64,000 nucleotides of DNA from Eledone cirrhosa (Eukaryota). Shown piece by piece: positions 58,976 to 64,000 of this stretch (position 1 is its first letter; the number at the start of each line of letters is the position of its first letter). The notes under the pieces were generated by a model, which was given only the letters and a program-made list of their open reading frames with translations, was not told the DNA's origin and did no database searches. Both the position numbers and the translations under genes were made by a program. Location: the NCBI GenBank assembly GCA_964016885.1, contig OZ024750.1, positions 41,478,001 through 41,542,000 of the forward strand, read 5' to 3'.

Positions 58976-61900
58976 TATCTCAGCTGTGGTGGGGACTGAC
59001 GGACTCTACACCCCAGTCTAGGTGGTATATCTCAGCTGTGGTAGGGACTGACACACTCTACACCCCAGTTTAGGTGATATATCTCAGCTGTGGTGGGAGT
59101 GACAGACTCTACACCCCAGTCTAGACGGTATATCTCAGATGTGGTAAGGAGTGACAGACTCAACACCCCAGTCTAGGTGGTATATCTCAGCTGTGGTAGG
59201 GTGTGGCAAACTCTACACCCAGTCAAGGTGGTATATCTCAGCTGTGGTAGGGAGTGACAGACTCTACACCCCAGTCTAGGTGGTATACCTCAGCTGTGGT
59301 AGAGAGTGACAGACTCCACACCCCAGTCTAGGTGGTATATCTCAGCTGTGGTAGGTAGTGACAGACTCTACACACCAGTCTAGGTGGTATATCTCAGCTG
59401 TGGTAGGGAGAGGTAGACTCTACACCCCAGTCTAGGTGGTATATCTCAGCTGTGGTGGGGACTGACAGACTCTAAACCACAGTCTAGCTGGTATATCTCA
59501 GCTGTGGTAGGGAGTGACAGACTCTACACCCCAGTCTAGGTGGTATATCTCAGCTGGGAGTGACAGACTCTACACCCCAGTCTAGAGGGTATATCTCAGC
59601 TGTGGTAAGGAGTGACAAACTCAACACCCCAATCTAAGTGGTATATCTCAGCTGTGGTAGGGAGTGGCAGACTCTACACCCCAGTCAAGGTGGTACATCT
59701 CAGCTGTGGTAGGGAGTGACAGACTCTACACCCCAGTCTAGGTGGTATACCTCAGCTGTGGTAGAGAGTGACAGACACCACACCCCAGTCTAGGTGGTAT
59801 ATCTCAGCTGTGGTAGGGAGTGACAGACTCTACACCCCAGTCTAGGTGGTATATCTCAGCTGTGGCAGGGAGTGACAGACTCTGCACCCCAGTCTAGGTG
59901 GTATATCTCAGCTGTGGTAGGTAGTGACAGACTCTACACCCCAGTCTAGGTGGTATATCTCAGCTGTGGTAGGGAGTGACAGACTCTACACCCCAGTCTT
60001 GGTGGTATATCTCAGCTGTGGTGGGGAGTGACAGACTCTACACCCCAGTCTAGGTGGTATATCTAAGCTGTGGTAGGGAGAGGTAGACTCTACACCCCAG
60101 TCTAGGTGGTATATCTCAGCTGGGAGTGACAGACTCTACACCCCAGTGTAGAGGGTATATCTCAGCTGTGGTAAGCAGTGACAGACTCTACACCCCAGTC
60201 TATGTGGTATATCGCAGCTGTGGTAGGGAGTGGCAGACTCTACACCCCAGTCTAGGTGGTATATCTCAGCTGTGGTAGGGAGTGACAGACCCTACACACC
60301 AGTCTAGGTGGTATACCTCAGCTGTGGTAGAGAGTGACAGACTCTACACCCCAGTCTAGGTGGTATATCTCAGCTGTGGTAGGTAGTGACAGACTCTACA
60401 CCCCAGTCTAGGTGGTATATGTCAGTTGTGGTAGGGAGTGACAGACTCTACACCACAGTCTAGGTGGTATATATCAGCTGTGGTAGGGACTGACAGACTC
60501 TACACCCCAGTCTAGGTGATATATCTCAGCTGTGGTGGGGAGTGACAGACTCTACACCCCAGTCTAGGTAGTATATCTCAGCTGGGAGTGACAGACTCTA
60601 CACCCCAGTCTAGAGGGTATATCTCAGCTGTGGTAGTGAGTGACAGACTCTACACCACAGTCTAGGTGGTATATCTCAGCTGTGGTAAGGAGTGACAGAC
60701 TCTACACCCCAGTCTAGGTGGTATATCTCAGCTGTGGTAAGGAGTGACAGACTCTACACCCCAGTCTAGGTGGTATATCTCAGCTGTGGTGGGGACTGAC
60801 AGACTCTACACCCCAGTCTAGGTGGTATATCTCAGCTGTGGTGGGGACTGACAGACTCTACACCCCAGTCTACGTGGTATATCTCAGCTGTGGTAGGGAG
60901 TGACAGACTCTACACCCCAGTCTAGGTGGTATATCTCAGCTGGGAGTGACAGACTCTACACCCCAGTCCAGGTGGTATTTCTCAGCTGTGGTGAGGAGTG
61001 ACAGACTTACACCCCAGTCTAGGTGGTATATCTCAGCTGTGAGTGACGACTCTACACCCCAGTCTAGGTGGTATATCTCAGCTGTGGCAGGGAGTGAAAG
61101 ACTATACACCCCAGTCTAGGTGGTATATCTCAGCTGTGGTGGGGACTGACAGACTCTACACTCCAGTCTAGGTGGTATATCTCAGCTGTGGCAGGGAGTG
61201 ACAGACTCTACACCCCAGTCTAGGTGGTATATCTCAGCTGTGAGTGACGACTCTACACCCCAGTCTAGGTGGTATATCTCAGCTGTGGCAGGGAGTGACA
61301 GACTATACACCCCAGTCTAGGTGGTATATCTCAGCTGTGAGTGACGACTCTACACCCCAGTGTAGGTGGTATATCTCAGCTGTGGCAGGGAGTGACAGAC
61401 TGTACACCCCAGTCTAGGTGGTATATCTCAGCTGTGGTAAGGAGTGACAGATTCTACACCCCAGTCTAGGTGGTATATCTCAGCTGTGGTAGGGAGAGAC
61501 AGACTCTACACCCCAGTCCAGGTGGTATATCTCAGCTGTGGTAGGGAGTGACAGACTCTGCACCCCAGTCTAGGTGGTATATCTCAGCTGTGGTGGGGAG
61601 TGACAGACTCTACACCCCAGTCCAGGTGGTATATCTCAGCTGTGGTGGGGAGTGACAGACTCTGCACCCCAGTCTAGGTGGTATATCTCAGCTGTGGTGG
61701 GGAGTGACAGACTCTACACCCCAGTCTAGGTGGTATATCTCAGCTGTGGTGGGGAGTCACAGACTCTACACCCCAGTCGAGGTGGTATATCTCAGCTGTG
61801 GCAGGGAGTGACAGACTCTACACCCCAGTCTAGGTGGTATATCTCAGCTGTGGTGGGGAGTGACAGACTCTACACCCCAGTCTAGGTGGTATATCTCAGC

Positions 61901-64000
61901 TGTGGTAGGGAGTGACAGACTCTACACCCCAGTCTAGGTGGTATATCTCAGCTGGGAGTGACAGACTCTACACTCCAGTCCAGGTGGTATATCTCAGCTG
62001 TGGTAAGGAGTGACAGACTCTACACCCCAGTCTAGGTGGTATATCTCAGCTGGGAGTGACGACTCTACACCCCAGTCTAGGTGGTATATCTCAGCTGTGG
62101 CAGGGAGTGACAGATTCTACACCCCAGTCTAGGTGGTATATCTCAGCTGTGGGGGGGAGTGACGACTCTACACCCCAGTCTAGGTGGTATATCTCAGCTG
62201 TGGTAGGGACTGACAGACTCTACACCCCAGTCTAGGTGGTATATCTCAGCTGTGGTAGGGAGTGACAGACTCTACATCCCAGTCTAGGTGGTATATCTCA
62301 GCTGTGGTGGGGAGTGACAGACTCTACACCCCAGTCTTGGTGGTATATCTCAGCTGGGAGTGACAGACTCTACACCCCAGTCTAGAGGGTATATCTCAGC
62401 TGTGGTAAGGAGTGACAGACTCTACAACCCAGTCTAGGTGGTATATCTCAGCTGTGGTGGGGACTGACATACTCTACACCCCAGTCTAGGTGGTATATCT
62501 CAGCTGGGAGTGACAGACTCTACACCCCAGTCTAGGTGGTATATCTCAGCTGGGAGTGACAGACTCTACACCCCAGTCTAGAGGGTATATCTCAGCTGTG
62601 GTAAGGAGTGACAGACTCTACACCCAGGTCTAGGTGGTATATCTCAGCTGTGGTGGGGAGTGACAGACTCTACACCCCAGTCTAGGTGGTATATCTTAGC
62701 TGGGAGTCACAGACTCTACACCCCAGTCTAGGTGGTATATCTCAGCTGTGGCAGGGAGTGACAGACTCTACACCCCAGTCTAGGTGGTATATCTCAGCTG
62801 TGATAGGGAGTGACAGACTCTACACCCCAGTCTAGGTGGTATATCTCAGCTGGGGTGACAGACTCTACACCCCAGTCTAGGTGGTATATCTCAGCTGTGG
62901 CAGGGAGTGACAGACTCTACACCCCAGTCCAGGTGGTATATCTCAGCTGTGGTGAGGAGTGACAGACTCTACACCCCAGTCTAGGTGGTATATCTCAGCT
63001 GTGGTAGGGAGTAACAGACTCATCACCCCAGTCTAAAGGGTATATCTCAGCTGTGGTAGGGAGTCACAGACTCCACACCCCAGTCTAGGTGGTATATCTC
63101 AGCTGTGGTAGGGAGTGACAGATTCTACACCACAGTCTAGAGGGTATATCTCAGCTGTGGTAGGGAGTGGCAGACTCTACACCCCAGTCTAGGTGGTATA
63201 TCTCAGCTGTGGTAGGGAGTGACAGACTCCACACCCGAGTCTAGGTGGTATATCTCAGCTGGGAGTGACAGACTCTACACCCCAGTCTAGAGGGTATATC
63301 TCAGCTGTGGTAAGGAGTGACAGACTCTACACCCCAGTCTAGGTGGTATATCTCAGCTGTGGTGGGGACTGACAGACTCTACACCCAGTCTAGGTGGTAT
63401 ATTTCCACCGTGGTAGGGAGTGACAGACTCTACACCCCAGTCTAGAGGGTATATTTCAGCTGTGGTAAGGAGTGGCAGACTCTAAACCCCAGTCTAGGTG
63501 GTATATCTCAGCTGTGGTAGGGAGTGACAGACTCTACACCCCAGTCTAGGTGGTATACCTCAGCTGTGGTAGAGAGTGACAGACTCCACACCCCAGTCTA
63601 GGTGGTATATCTCAGCTGTGGTAGGGAGTGACAGACTCTACACCCCAGTCTGGGTCGTATATCTCAGCTGTGGCAGGGAGTGACAGACTCTACACCCCAG
63701 TCTAGGTGGTATATCTCAGCTGTGGTGGGGAGTGGCAAACTCTACACCCCAGTCAAGGTGGTATATCTCAGCTGTGGTAGGGAGTGACAGACTCTACACC
63801 CCAGTCTAGGTGGTATACCTCAGCTGTGGTAGAGAGTGACAGACTCTACACCCCAGTCTAGGTGGTATATCTCAGCTGTGGTAGGGAGTGGCAAACTCTA
63901 CACCCCAGTCAAGGTGGTATATCTCAGCTGTGGTAGGGAGTGACAGACTCTACACCCCAGTCTAGGTGGTATACCTCAGCTGTGGTAGAGAGTGACAGAC

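Larger units (their letters stand above)
1..64000. repeat. Tandem satellite array, 52-bp monomer with 51/46/45-bp variants; runs off both window ends
   Basis: TACACCCCAG starts at 1 and again at 53, and the same unit recurs in one orientation through to the last line. Most monomers differ from consensus by 0-3 changes. The 46-bp form lacks GTGGTA (CAGCTGGGAG), the 51-bp form reads GTGACGACTC, and the 45-bp form combines both. Confidence 0.99.

Noticed and set aside
1-64000. CRISPR-like repeat/spacer array or variable-cassette system
   Set aside because: The more variable part of each monomer is only point or deletion variation of one consensus and recurs many times. There are no unique spacers, leader, cas, recombinase or reverse transcriptase genes.
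1-64000. G-quadruplex or telomeric repeat array
   Set aside because: There is only one run of three or more G per monomer on each strand, about 50 bp apart, and no TTAGGG-type tandem repeat.

Overview
The whole 64 kb window is one uninterrupted, head-to-tail satellite/minisatellite array. The monomer is 52 bp (consensus TACACCCCAGTCTAGGTGGTATATCTCAGCTGTGGTAGGGAGTGACAGACTC, 27/52 GC, no CpG), with roughly 1,240-1,250 copies estimated from length. Recurrent 51-, 46- and 45-bp deletion variants are interspersed. I saw no unique sequence, inversion, transposon, RNA gene, CRISPR spacer or credible CDS; both listed ORFs are chance read-throughs of the repeat. The real structure lies in the order of variant monomers. 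It shows nested higher-order duplications (periods of about 104, 150, 156, 260, 617, 973, 1632, 1.85k, 2754, 3.2k, 4147, 5197 and 13.4-13.7k bp) and a switch between two variant subfamilies at about 44-48 kb. Several recurrent variants, including a double substitution, perfect a 20-bp quasi-palindrome in the monomer. Periods were measured by hand from rare marker variants, so block edges are approximate to about one monomer. The organism and satellite family cannot be identified from the sequence alone; a eukaryotic origin is inferred. I found no evidence of a new gene system.
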